Source of the DNA: Macrostomum lignano
Lineage: Eukaryota
DNA length: 64,000 bases
Direction of reading: 5' to 3'
Assembly (NCBI GenBank): GCA_002269645.1
Contig: NIVC01000977.1
Coordinates: forward strand, 331,261 to 395,260
The notes under the pieces: generated by a model
Seen by the model: only the letters and a program-made list of their open reading frames with translations
Databases searched by the model: none
What the model was told of the DNA's origin: nothing
Made by a program: the position numbers and the translations under genes
Part shown: positions 12,513-25,699 of the stretch, piece after piece
How the letters are laid out: the number at the start of each line of letters is the position of its first letter
Numbering within the stretch: the first letter of the stretch is position 1

Positions 12513-14697
12513 CTTGTGCCAGACTCATGCATTTAAGATGCGCGCTTGTGCCGGACTCATGCATTTAAGATGCGCGCTTGTGCCGGACTCATGCATTTAA
12601 GATGCGCGCTTGTGCCAGACTCATGCATTTAAGATGCGCGCTTGTGCCAGACTCATGCATTTAAGATGCGCGCTTGTGCCAGACTCATGCATTTAAGATG
12701 CGCGCTTGTGCCGGACTCATGCATTTAAGATGCGCGCTTGTGCCGGACTCATGCATTTAAGATGCGCGCTTGTGCCGGACTCATGCATTTAAGATGCGCG
12801 CTTGTGCCAGACTCATGCATTTAAGATGCGCGCTTGTGCCGGACTCATGCATTTAAGATGCGCGCTTGTGCCGGACTCATGCATTTAAGATGCACGCTTG
12901 TGCCAGACTCATGCATTTAAGATGCGCGCTTGTGCCAGACTCATGCATTTAAGATGCGCGCTTGTGCCAGACTCATGCATTTAAGATGCGCGCTTGTGCC
13001 GGACTCATGCATTTAAGATGCGCGCTTGTGCCAGACTCATGCATTTAAGATGCGCGCTTGTGCCGGACTCATGCATTTAAGATGCACGCTTGTGCCAGAC
13101 TCATGCATTTAAGATGCGCGCTTGTGCCAGACTCATGCATTTAAGATGCGCGCTTGTGCCAGACTCATGCATTTAAGATGCGCGCTTGTGCCGGACTCAT
13201 GCATTTAAGATGCGCGCTTGTGCCGGACTCATGCATTTAAGATGCGCGCTTGTGCCGGACTCATGCATTTAAGATGCGCGCTTGTGCCAGACTCATGCAT
13301 TTAAGATGCGCGCTTGTGCCGGACTCATGCATTTAAGATGCGCGCTTGTGCCGGACTCATGCATTTAAGATGCGCGCTTGTGCCGGACTCATGCATTTAA
13401 GATGCGCGCTTGTGCCAGACTCATGCATTTAAGATGCGCGCTTGTGCCAGACTCATGCATTTAAGATGCGCGCTTGTGCCAGACTCATGCATTTAAGATG
13501 CGCGCTTGTGCCAGACTCATGCATTTAAGATGCGCGCTTGTGCCGGACTCATGCATTTAAGATGCGCGCTTGTGCCAGACTCATGCATTTAAGATGCGCG
13601 CTTGTGCCAGACTCATGCATTTAAGATGCGCGCTTGTGCCGGACTCATGCATTTAAGATGCGCGCTTGTGCCAGACTCATGCATTTAAGATGCGCGCTTG
13701 TGCCGGACTCATGCATTTAAGATGCGCGCTTGTGCCAGACTCATGCATTTAAGATGCGCGCTTGTGCCAGACTCATGCATTTAAGATGCGCGCTTGTGCC
13801 GGACTCATGCATTTAAGATGCGCGCTTGTGCCGGACTCATGCATTTAAGATGCGCGCTTGTGCCGGACTCATGCATTTAAGATGCGCGCTTGTGCCGGAC
13901 TCATGCATTTAAGATGCACGCTTGTGCCAGACTCATGCATTTAAGATGCGCGCTTGTGCCGGACTCATGCATTTAAGATGCGCGCTTGTGCCGGACTCAT
14001 GCATTTAAGATGCGCGCTTGTGCCAGACTCATGCATTTAAGATGCGCGCTTGTGCCAGACTCATGCATTTAAGATGCACGCTTGTGCCAGACTCATGCAT
14101 TTAAGATGCGCGCTTGTGCCAGACTCATGCATTTAAGATGCGCGCTTGTGCCGGACTCATGCATTTAAGATGCGCGCTTGTGCCAGACTCATGCATTTAA
14201 GATGCGCGCTTGTGCCGGACTCATGTATTTAAGATGCGCGCTTGTGCCAGACTCATGCATTTAAGATGCGCGCTTGTGCCAGACTCATGCATTTAAGATG
14301 CGCGCTTGTGCCGGACTCATGCATTTAAGATGCGCGCTTGTGCCGGACTCATGCATTTAAGATGCGCGCTTGTGCCGGACTCATGCATTTAAGATGCGCG
14401 CTTGTGCCGGACTCATGCATTTAAGATGCGCGCTTGTGCCAGACTCATGCATTAAGATGCGCGCTTGTGCCAGACTCATGCATTTAAGATGCGCGCTTGT
14501 GCCAGACTCATGCATTTAAGATGCGCGCTTGTGCCGGACTCATGCATTTAAGATGCGCGCTTGTGCCAGACTCATGCATTTAAGATGCGCGCTTGTGCCG
14601 GACTCATGCATTTAAGATGCGCGCTTGTGCCGGACTCATGCATTTAAGATGCGCGCTTGTGCCAGACTCATGCATTTAAGATGCGCACTTGTGCCAG
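12513..14697. repeat. 32-bp minisatellite (CTTGTGCCRGACTCATGCATTTAAGATGCGCG), about 68 copies
   Basis: 32-bp period (12545 to 12577). Very homogeneous, with mainly one A/G variant site. Confidence 0.97.
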
Positions 14698-15407
14698 TGC
14701 GCGCTTGCGTCACTGAGAGCTTAATCGCGCTTAGTTAAAAAAATGCGCGCTTAATCATGCGTCCCATTACGAGCGCGAGTATGTTGTAGCGAATATTGAA
14801 CTCTGCTACAGGGTACATATACTGAAGCAATCTGTATGCATACCTTCACCATGTGTATTCACTGTTACACAAAACCGTACGAACCGTACGCGAAAACATA
14901 AACATTAATTTCTAAAACTAACAATGCGTTTTATCCTCAAAAAAGAAAAAAATGACAGATGTGAAGTTCAACACGGCCAATTCAAATCATGAATCGTCAT
15001 AAATTCGGGTAACAGAACAGAATAATGAATAAGAATATTTCTCTTTTGAGAAGGGAATCCTATAATTAAGAGCCTTAACGCTGACAAAAGTAATTTATTT
15101 AATTTTTTCTTAAACGAATGCCAAGGCCATTGGGGTCAAATATTTCATTAAATAGCCGGCAAAAGACACTCGTATAGATCAAGTAGCTATAATTTACAAC
15201 TAAAATAATTATATTTCAATTTCAGTACGAGTATCTACGACCGAACGCTTTTCGTTTGAGACCCTACAGTTTTCACGGAATATAGTAGATTACAGTATTA
15301 TAACAAAGGAATTACGCTACAAAAAGTAGTCACAGGAAATTTTTTAAGGTCGAGAAAATTTGTAAATAATTGGATCAGTGAATCAATCAGTAAATTTGAA
15401 GGCCTCC

Positions 15408-16823
15408 TTACTCTTCATCCGGTGCAGCTGGGTTTTTATTGTCAACTTTGAAGTCGAGGAGAAGTCCCGGCTCGTCTTCGAACTTTCTTCTCATCCAGTC
15501 GATATGGTCGGGGTGTTTCTTGCAATAGTTAAAACATTTCTGCTGCACTTCATCATTCTTGCTAGCAATTGTGTGCTCAAGTCGACAGAATTCTTTAGGG
15601 TAAATCGGATTGCAAACTTTAAAATGGTGCTCCACTTGATAGTACTCCACTTCTCTTTGGCCCGCCCACTTGATCTGACGGCTCAATGTTTTGAGAATTT
15701 CAGCAATTCGCTCCTTCTCTGAGTTGGTTGCCTTTTGATTGGAATGCGAGTTCTCGACAGAATAGTACAATGTAAGGCCTGTCCTAGGAATGCTTGGAAT
15801 CTCCGGTGCCGGTGACAGGTAATTTTCTTTATTTTCTACGCCGGGCACACATGGTTTCTGCAGTCGTGGCAGGTCAGAATTTGGAAGACATGTCTCCAAT
15901 TGGCTAACAATTAATTTAAAACTGGGTCGCTCCTCGGGTTCCGATGCAAGCAGTAATTTCATCACTTTTTCGTTGAGAAACTCAAATTTGTACTTCTTGT
16001 CCACCTCTTCTCCGAAAGTTGAATGCTCCGGTACATCTACGTCGTTCGGTCGTTTTTTCGGAAACTCTCTAATCAGACACTCGAGCATGAGGACGCCGAA
16101 TGAAAAGCAGTCGACCTTTAGTGTGTATTTGGACCTCCTATCCAGTTGGATTTCCGGTGCCATGTAAGGACCAGTTCCTTTGCCTCCGCTCTTTTCAGGG
16201 GTGTCATCTTTTCTGCTCAAATCGAGATCGCATACTTTGCAAATTGTACCGTCCTCAAACAGCAGAACGTTGCCACTCTTGACGTCTCTATGCAGGATAT
16301 TTTTACGGTGCAAATAATCCAGACCTTCGGCGATCTGCTTCAGCCATGTTAAACAGCGGCGCATGGTGTAACCAGTGGCGATTTCATTAGATGTATCGCC
16401 AGGGAAAGTCGGGACCTCAGAATAGAGAAAACCGTACAGACTCTGCTCACCAGCTTCCATTACAAAGAAAATTGTCTCGCCGTTGTCTTTCATTGCAAAT
16501 GTGGTTACAATATTTTTGTGATTACACTGCGAAAGTAGCTCATACTCCTGCTGCAGCTGCAACCTCTCTTCTTTGGTGTTGCAGATCGGTATCTTTTTGG
16601 CCAAAATTGTTCAAATCGGCAGTTTGGGTTTTAAGTCGGATGGCGGAATCCAGTTTTTAATGAGTTTATTAGTGCGTATGTTTTGTACCGTTTTATTTAA
16701 AAAAGGTTCACAGTGCGGATCGAGGCAATTCAAAAGGTTTTCGTCATTTTCCTCCGTCTGGTTTGCCGCATCCTCTGCAATTGGCACGGTGCTGCCCGTG
16801 CAGTGTTGTTTCAAAATGCTCAA
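15408..16823 (-). pseudogene. Intronless TKL-group (TAK1/MLK-like) protein kinase, apparently disrupted: in-frame TGA at 16611-16613 and no Gly-rich loop
   Basis: The 398-codon ORF has AKK, QEYELL, HKNIV, HRDVKSGNVLL, DLD (in place of DFG), GTGPYMAPE, KVDCFSFG and RPSF. It resembles TAK1 in VMEAGEQSLY and YTMRRCLTW...IAEGLDYLH. The upstream 70-codon ORF is in the same frame, separated by one stop. The kinase-domain call is strong; pseudogene status is uncertain, since splicing at AAAAAG|ATA or an assembly error are alternatives. Confidence 0.65.
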
Positions 16824-17849
16824 ACTTTACGAACGCGAATTGGCGTCAGATTATAGCTAGCGAAACTTTTTTTACGACTAGCTACACTTTGCTGCTTATA
16901 TTGTCAAAAGAGCTCCATAACTGTTTCGCTCTCCCTTTGCCTGCATACCCCTCTCTGCCCGTGGATAGTAAGAGCACAGGAAAAGAAATGGAAGGCTGGA
17001 AGACCCTGGCGCACTTTAAGCGACATTGGCATACAACCGGCGAGAGGCATTGCTGCCCATTCCGCCGACTCCCCCTGAGCAGGCACACAAGTGCGCGGAT
17101 ACGTACGCAGTCATACACTCACGCAGGAGTGTACAGCTACCCTAACTACCCTATTTATCGTTAGGCATGTAAACTTCATTGTGCCTTTGGGGTGGGGGGG
17201 GTTGGCCCTCAAGGCTATTAATTGTACGACCAGAGCTAAGCCGAGATTCCAACTTATAGCTTCAGATTAATGTGACTGCACTTGGGAATCGAGTCTGGGC
17301 CGCTGGCACATCAGAGCGCCGCGCCAGGCCAGAATGTTTGCCGCATGTGTGTATAATGTAATTTTAGTCAGTCGCTTTGGTCTTAGCAGAAGTTGCTCAA
17401 CTATGGGATGTTGAGCTGCTGCTGCATAGCTGCAGTATGCGGGACGTTGTGACTAGGAGCGTAGTGGACGAGAGTTATTACAGTAAATAGTTGGATCTTC
17501 CCAATCCAGTTACTTCCCTGACCTTTCCAGACAATTGAAACTTGGCTAGCTTTTATGTAATTTTGTTGGTCAAGTTGAATCGAAATGCTAATTCTCATTG
17601 ACAACCTGCAGAAATAGAGCAAATTTGACCCAAATGTTTTATAAAAATCGGAAAAGCAGAAGTGTTTCAATAGCTAAAAGTTCAATAAATTCTCGCTCAC
17701 CTTTTACTACGTATTGTCTACTAAATTAACATATAGTCTATGGCCCATGCCTCAGGACGTCACTCAGAAGATTACAGCAGACTTTTGCTCAGCTTTTGGC
17801 GCAGATTCCACGCGCGCAATTTATTTTTGACTAACTAAACCCGCCCGCG

Positions 17850-18746
17850 ATGCTTCCCGACGGATTCAGCGACGAGGCCGATCGGCGTTCCACCGCCCGC
17901 TGGACGCCGCCGTCGGCGCTGCCCGAAGCCACCGAGGCCGACCGGCAGCTGGTGCGAGCAACCCAAGCCGCAATTGACGCGGCCAGCGCCGAGTTGGACA
18001 GCAACTCGGATGAATTCGACGATCAAGAAATGGACAAACAACGCAAGTTGTCCCGATCACTCAAAGGCCGTGTCCGGTCATTCTTCCGCTCCGTGCTGAA
18101 CAGCGGGGGAGGCGGAGGCGGCCGGCTGAATGTCAGCAACAGCACCGGCGCCGAGGGCAATCATCGCAAGACGACCGGCGGCTGCACTCAGCGACGCAGA
18201 AGGCCGAACGATCTCGACAAGCTGGAGAACGTGTCGAATACGAAGCCGGTGTCGCCGACACCACCACCTGCCAACGAGGCCCAGCAGCAGAAAAACGGCG
18301 GCAACGACCCAGATAATAAGGACGAAGCGCAGGCGGAGGATGAGCAGCTGCCACCAACGCCGCCGCCGCAGCCGGAGCCGGCCGAGGAACAGCAGCCGCC
18401 CGAGTCGCAGAAGCTGGCGCAATACCCGCCAATCGAACGGCCAAGGATTTTCCGCGGCGGTCCCACCACGGCCAGGCACAAACAGACCCAACAGACTCTG
18501 TTCAACGAGTGCCGCGTGATTCCCGTAGCCACGCTGTACAAGAAGGTTGCCATGGTGCCGGGCAGGGGCCGGCTGTTCCTGTCGGCGCCCAACAACCCGC
18601 GCCCGCTGGGCAGCAACATGCTGTACGACATCGCATACGAGAACAGGCGGCATCACAGCGACTGCAATCGCGATTTCGCCAGAGCTGGCTTGAAGAAAAT
18701 CTGCTCCAACTATTGCAAGCCTAGCCAGTTTCGCTATGTCTACTGA
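17850..18746 (+). CDS. Hypothetical protein, 298 aa, single exon; acidic and Pro/Gln-rich disordered N-terminal and central parts, compact Cys-containing C-terminus
   Basis: ATG-started, GC-rich, non-repetitive ORF flanked by AT-rich DNA, with the same composition as the identified exons. No family recognised. Confidence 0.7.
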   Translation: MLPDGFSDEADRRSTARWTPPSALPEATEADRQLVRATQAAIDAASAELDSNSDEFDDQEMDKQRKLSRSLKGRVRSFFRSVLNSGGGGGGRLNVSNSTGAEGNHRKTTGGCTQRRRRPNDLDKLENVSNTKPVSPTPPPANEAQQQKNGGNDPDNKDEAQAEDEQLPPTPPPQPEPAEEQQPPESQKLAQYPPIERPRIFRGGPTTARHKQTQQTLFNECRVIPVATLYKKVAMVPGRGRLFLSAPNNPRPLGSNMLYDIAYENRRHHSDCNRDFARAGLKKICSNYCKPSQFRYVY

Positions 18747-19729
18747 CAAGTGGCCAGTAGTATGAGCCGCGAATTTTATTAATTTTAAACAACAACTCAT
18801 ATTTTTTATACGCTTATCTTGTCGAAAGAGCGCGGCTTAGCAGAAAACTGAAAAAATATCGACATGAGCGTTTTTCTAATTACCACGCTTAGAAACTAAA
18901 CACATCTTCGGTTGCCATCCCATCAATTGAAACACGCAAAATAGTTAAAAAAACAAATGCACTTATTAATTTTCATACATCATCAATTTTTTTGACGGTC
19001 AAATAAACGAAAAACAGCATCGGCTAAAATATTAACTGATCAATCTTCATCAAAACTTTGATTGTGAAGCAAGTCAAACTTATGCCAATAAGTTCAAGCC
19101 GTTTGGAGAAAACTTTTGCAATGCAACTTTTGCCTGATTGTACATGTAGAACTTCTCTTTGTGGATGAATCCTCTCTTCAACCAGTTGCCGCAAATTATT
19201 CGCGTCGCAATCGCTACTTTCTACTATTGGCAGTAGAGAACTTCGCAAAGCGAAGCTAAACTGTCGTGACGAGAAACTAAAATAAGAAATAAGAAAAGAG
19301 CAGACAGAACGATTTCATTTCATTTCTCAAGCGAATCGCACCATTATTTTATTTCGGACAAAACAGCCTATTTACATGGGCTTACGACAAATCAAGGATG
19401 GATATTGCTAGACTTTATACAGCAGCAGCGACAGGTAAGTGAAAAAATCTGCAGTTATAACAAATCCTAATACTGAGAACTCAATACGAGACATGCCATT
19501 TGGGGTGAAAAATCGTTAAAAATAATAGATAATAAACAGACTCTGAATGACGGACTTGATTATAAACAAGGCTGAATTAATTTTAAACAAAGCACCGATT
19601 AAAAAATTCATTGCGAGAAAAAATCTGTTGATTAAATTTAAAAGTTCTGACGAAATAAGGTGCGCTAAAGCAACTGAATGAAATATTGGCTTCCTGACCT
19701 GCACTGATCCTCAACTAAGGACATCCAAC

Positions 19730-19950
19730 TCTACTCTACCCAAACCTACTTCTACCCAAATCTACCTTATTCTACCCAAACCTACCCTACTCTACCCAAA
19801 CCTACCATACTCTACCCAAACCTACCCTACTCTACCCAAACCTACCCTACTCTACCCAATCCTACTCTACTTTACGCAAACATAATCTACTCTACCCAAT
19901 CCTACCCTACTCTACCCAATCCTACCCTACTCTATTCAATCCTGCCCTAA
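19730..19950. repeat. 20-bp minisatellite (CTACTCTACCCAAACCTACC) immediately 3' of the TTC38 stop codon
   Basis: Read directly. Confidence 0.88.
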
Positions 19951-19976
19951 TCAACTCTCAAGTCCAAGTCAGAGCA

Positions 19977-22900
19977 TCACTCTGAGCAGGTCTCTCCGTG
20001 ACGCAGGTGCTCCCGACGAAGGCGAGCCATCGCCGCATCGTCCTGTCGACCTTCGGCCTCCGCCGCGGCCAGCAGACTGCTCAGCACGGGCCAGTCCTTG
20101 GCCAGGCAGGCCGACTGCGCCAGCACGCAGGTGAAAATCTCCCGCTGAGCCCGGCTGCCCCCGACGCCGGCCAGCCGGTGCCGCAGCGGGTGCAGCCGCC
20201 GGCACACCGCCGAGTGGTCGCCGGCGAGGAAATCTTGGGTAGCCGCCACCAGACCGGCGGCGCCGTCCTCGCCGAGGCCGCCGTCGACGGCGATGCCGCG
20301 GCACAGTCGGACGCTGTGATGCCACTCCGGACGCTGTTTGATAGTGTCGGCCAGTCTGTCCGAGAATTCGGCCAGCTGATCTGTCCGGCCGGCGCAGGCC
20401 AGCGCCAGGGCCAGGTGGAAATCGTAAAACAGCAAATCATGACCAGGCGTGGCGCCGGCTTTGCAGGCGGGCGCGGTGGCGGCGGTCATTTCGGTCAGGG
20501 CGGAGTCGCACAGCTCCTGCCAGCGCTTGCCGACGTCAACGCCGGCCACCTGGAAGCGGGGGTGGGGGTGAAAATTAAATTATTGAAAGTTTTGCTTTTA
20601 CAGCAAGACAGTAAGTTTTGTTTCGACTTTTAAATGTTTGATTTGACCTTCAAGTGTTTCGTCAGACCTTTAAATGTTTTGATTGACCTTGAAATGTTTC
20701 AAATGACCTTTAAGTGTCTACTTTAACCTTCAAATTTTCAGTTTGATATTCTAATGTTCCGTTTGACCTTCTAATGTCCTGTTTGACCTTCGAATGTTCC
20801 GTTTGACCTTCTAATGTCCTGTTTGACCTTCGAATGTTCCGTTTGACCTTCTAATGTCCTGTTTGACCTTCAAATGTTCCGTTTGACCTTTACACGTCTA
20901 CTTTCACCGTAATATGTTTTCTTAACCATAAAAGCTATTTTTAACTCTAGCAATGGTTTATTTGTAGGCATCTCTGTGACATAAAAAATGACAAGCAATA
21001 AACAGATGGCACTCACCTGCAGCCTAAACAGCAGTGACACGCAGTCCGATGCGGGAAAGGCTCCCTTGCTAGCAGTCAGCGCGTCCAGCATGAACTGATC
21101 GTACAACTCCAGAGCCCGGTCTGTCCGGCCCGTGTTCATATAAAACAGCGCAGTGTGCCAGGTGTTGTGACAGCTCAGATGGTTGCCGGGCAACCAGCCG
21201 GTCTCCCTGGTGCCGAGCATGTAGCCGAGGCCCTGAGCGTAGCGGCCAGTGGAGTGGAACACGTGAGCCATGGAGTGGTGGGCCCACGGGTCGGCCGGGT
21301 TGAGCCACAGCGCGCTGTCCAGCACGTCGGTGGCTCGCTGGAACTGGTAGCACTCCTCTAGGCCGAACCCGTGACGGGACAGGGCGAACGGCTTGAACAG
21401 ATTGGAGTTCGAGTAGTGCGGCACGACCTGGCGGGCGGGTTTGTTCGCCAGTTTTTACTCGCTTTCCTAGAAATACAATATTCTCGATTCTCTTTAGGGG
21501 AGGGGCGATTCTCATGATGGGAGGGGCGATTCTCGTGAGGGGAGGGGCGATTCTCTTCAGGAGAGGGGCGATTCTCGTGATGGGAGGGGCGATTCTCTTC
21601 AGAAGAGGGGCGATTCTCGTGATGGGAGGGGCGATTCTCTTCAGGAGAGGGGCGATTCTCTTCGGGGAAGGGGCGATTCTCTTCAGGAGAGGGGCGATTC
21701 TCTTCGGGGAAGGGGCGATTCTCGTGATGGGAGGGGCGATTCTCGTCAGGGAAGAGGCGATTCTCTCATCTGCCTCTCACCTGAGCGCCGAGGTCGCGCA
21801 TCCGCAACGAGTTGCCGCTCATCAGCGCCACAATGAAGGCTTTCTGAAAGGCGGCATAGTCGCCTGGCCACTTCAGCAAGTGGCGGTCCAGCAGCGACTC
21901 CAGCGCAAGCCAGTCGCCATCGAGGCTGGTCTGAAGGTTCAACAAAGTTGAGTCCTCCCAATCGGTGAGACAGCCAGCTCTGTTGGGAGAAGCCGGGTGT
22001 CATTATCAATCTCTTTGTTTCATAACTTTTTGCTATGGCTTTGCGTGTCCGTTCCCCATCCGTTCATCTCGGTATCTCATGTCATCTTAGTTTTATATCG
22101 GTCCGTTCTAATCTCTCAATGTTTTGTCTCCTCTCTGATCCATCGGAATCTCCTTTCATCAATCGGAATCACATCTTTCATCTATCGGAATCCCATCTTT
22201 CATCTATCGGAATCCCATCTTTCATCTATCGGAATCCCATCTCTCATTTATCGGAATCCCGTCTCTCATCTATCGAAATCCCGTCTCTCATCTATCGAAA
22301 TCCCGTCTCTCATCTATCGGAATCCCGTCTCTCATCTATCGGAATCCCGTCTCTCATCTATCGGAATCCCATCTTTCATCTATCGGAATCCCATCTCTCA
22401 TTTATCGGAATCCCGTCTCTCATCTATCGGAATCCCGTCTCTCATCTATCGGAATCCCGTCTCTCATCTATCGGAATCCCGTCTCTCATCTATCGGGATT
22501 CCATCTCTTATCTATCGGAATCCCATCTCTTATTTAATCTCATTTCTAATATTCTTTCATCTATTCTTTCCGAGTCTCATATCGTTTCTTCTTAACATCT
22601 CAGTCTCTATGGAATTTTTGGGCAAACCCGAAGCAAGTCTCAGCTCAGTTATAACCACTACCCCAGCTCCCCACATCCGCACCTTCTCTTGCTGTCCACC
22701 AGGTCGGTGACGCGGGCCATTCCGTCGGCAAACTCAGGCGAGCCTCGCTCTAAACTGGGCAAAACCAGAGAGGCGTGGAGCAGACAGCCAGGCAGAAATT
22801 CGGGCTCAGATTCGAGCAGGCGAGTGAGGCAGGCCTCCAAGCCGCCCAGAGACGGCTCATCTGTGAGGCTGGCAAACTGGTGCAGGGTGGCATGGTAGAG

Positions 22901-22990
22901 CTTTGCTGTGGCCTCGCTGGTGGTTGGCAAGGCAAAGCCGCACTCTTTCTGCCATTGGTGCAGGTTGTAGAAACTGGCTGGGCAGGACAT
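19977..22990 (-). CDS. TTC38: Tetratricopeptide repeat protein 38 (TTC38), about 496 aa. Exons 22990-22683, 21979-21781, 21427-21017, 20549-19977
   Basis: GT-AG sites with phases 2,0,0. The peptides LPTTSEATAKLYHATLHQF...SLGGLEACL, FGLEEC...LNPADPWAHHSMAHVF, LSCHNTWHTAL and GGSRAQREIF match the TTC38 family. The start codon could instead be an upstream in-frame ATG. Confidence 0.9.
20630..20892. repeat. 20-bp minisatellite (GTTTGACCTTCTAATGTCCT, alternating 40-bp dimer) in TTC38 intron 3
   Basis: Read directly. Confidence 0.9.
21498..21766. repeat. 21-bp minisatellite (GGGGCGATTCTC + 9 variable nt) in TTC38 intron 2
   Basis: Read directly. Confidence 0.9.
22140..22530. repeat. 22-bp minisatellite (CTATCGGAATCCCGTCTCTCAT) in TTC38 intron 1
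   Basis: Read directly. Confidence 0.9.
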
Positions 22991-25699
22991 GTAGCATGCA
23001 TAGCATAGTATACTATTCTGTGTTGTTACAAAGCTTGACATAATGTAAAAACATAACAATTCAATGAAAAATTATCTTAAAAAGACTTAATAGGCCTATA
23101 TAACTAGCTTGAAAATTGAAAACAAAGCTCTAAATTTAGAATAGTCCTAGTGAGGCTTGACAATTTAAAGATTTTATTATTAGTGATCAAACTGTAGTAT
23201 TATAAATAAAAGCTAATAAGAAATATTTCTATAAAAAGCTTAGAAATATAATTTTTTAACATTGTATATATTTTGCACTAGTTTTTTTATTTTTGATACA
23301 TTGTCTTTATTTGGCATTATTCTTTATTTGGACTCTTGATTTCAATTTACATTTAAAATATAGTCAAGTTGAAAAAACTCCTACTAAAATAAAGAATATT
23401 CAACAATTATTCTATCAAGTTCCGTTTGTCTAGCTTTGGGATAAACTTATTTTATATTGTATAATTTTGGGCACAAAAAAACTGTCATATACTATGGATA
23501 CGTTTGTTCAGGACATTCGGTTAATAAAATAAAATACATAAATGATCCAGAAGCGGAATATGAAAAAAATTCTAGATATCTCATGGACATCAGTTAACGA
23601 GTTACATTGCATGAGTTAAGAGGGTCTACGAACTATTATAATATTTATTAAGTTAATGTTCTTCTGTGCAACAAATAGCTAGGCCTAGGCCTACTTATAC
23701 TTTACTTTGATACTCACTGTTCAATTGTGTTCTATTCTAATACCAAAAATGAAATTCAATCGAGAAAGCTGAATCAAAATTTTGTACAATAAACAAAGTT
23801 AAACACCGTTTTTATCCTGCAGTAACTTTATTCGTAGCAAAAATGAAGCTTTTTAGAAACAAAACCGCATTTTGTCGCACCCTTCGATCAAACCCATGAA
23901 AAAAGTTGCCTGCATTTGTTTTAATATTTATCAGTTTAGAGTTCAATTTAATGTACATGTACACCACATGAACAAAGCGACCGTACGTGGAGTTCATGAA
24001 TGAACTCAAGTCAAGTCCAGTCCTTACGTGTCTCAAGGACGACTAATTGATACATATAGAAACAAAATGGAGCGCGCATTCAGGTCGTAAATCATCGATA
24101 TGACTCCACACAATTCTGAATTACAGAAATAGATCGAAGACCATTACATGTAAATCGTCAAAACAAGGACTAATGTACGTAAGAATTCAAAACAGTGCGC
24201 TAGTGTTCTTAAGTAAGTCCTTGATCAAAACATCCTGTCCACTCCCTGGCCGATCTTCCCGTTCACTACACTTACACATGCATGCAGACGCTGGACCATG
24301 CACGATCGGGAGTATAATTACATGTACATGTACTCATGCTTTGACATAATTGTGGCTATATGCATGAAATACTGCCTACATACTTTTCATTCGTCGTATA
24401 CGTCTGTACATGTATGTATACATTGGTCATACATGTAATATAATGTTGACTTCTACCTGAACATACATGTACATGTACATATAACTGGTCAAATGTTTTG
24501 CACTTCTTTCTGTACAGTATGCGGTGCATGCATGATTGATCTGTTTGTTGTGAGAATCGTCTATACATAGAACTTCTTATAACTTCTACTACGGTATGCA
24601 GACCTTGCATGTACATGTACAATGTAGGACACAGATCGATTCCCAAAGATATACATGTACATTGCACAGATTACAATCGGATCGAGCTGGACCGTGTCAC
24701 GTACTAGCTACTGTATCAAATAATTTGATCTTTTTTACGAACATCATTAATTTGAAGCAATTCTGAAGGTTAACTTTTAATATTCCGAGAGTGCATGTGT
24801 ATATATGTATACTGGGTTGAGGAAAATTTGGTTTGATCATTCGATCACATCATGGATTCTTCTCAATACAGCTGTAAACTTGACTGACTGCATGCTATGG
24901 AATCGTGGTTTGTTACAAGTACGTTTTCGCGTTAAAATTATAATGCGTTTTCTTAATTAGTTTGCGTGTTCATATACATGCGCAGTACACCAGTATCCGA
25001 TTTATAATCACAGTATCCGATTATAAATCAAATTATAATCGCAGTTCACAGTTCATACAATGCAAAGTATCTAAGAAGAGGATACTGCGCAGTGTTACGG
25101 CCTGTTACAGTACGCGTTATTCATATTATAAAATTTTATATTATGCTGATTAGAATAAACACCACACACACACACAATCACGCACCGGGCACTTGTTGGT
25201 ACGGTATACAATGGTGGGCACTTATTTTGCAATTTTTTTTGACACACGAAAACACACACATACACACAGTGCAATGACCTATTAAGTATTTTTAGCATTT
25301 AAATGATGAAAAAAAGCATACATTGAAATAAAAAAGCACGTCCCATACTAATAGTATGATCTATTGAAAGTGAAGGAATAGCATATCATCGTGTAACTAT
25401 ATTGTCCTCAGTCCAGCGAATTCAGCATTACTTGAAATACAAAAGGCTTCGTTAAAGCCAATCCACATGAAGGAAAAACTAGTTACAAGCAGTCTATTTA
25501 CCTTTACCTTTACTAATACGCTATAATGCTGTACGCAATATGCCTGACTAATATGAATAAAAAATTCAATTACACTTGCGCTTAGAAAAAAACCTAAAAT
25601 TGACAGTGAAACTGAAAAACTGAAACGCAGAGATTAGTTAAGCAGATTAAACAACAAATTCCGGTCGAGTGAGAAAACAGGAGTCTCGTTATTTAGAGC

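Noticed and set aside
18078-20633. Antisense and alternative-frame ORFs over GC-rich exons (also at 32022-32855 and 59035-61044)
   Set aside because: They are shadow ORFs produced by GC-rich codon usage of the real genes, with no motifs of their own.
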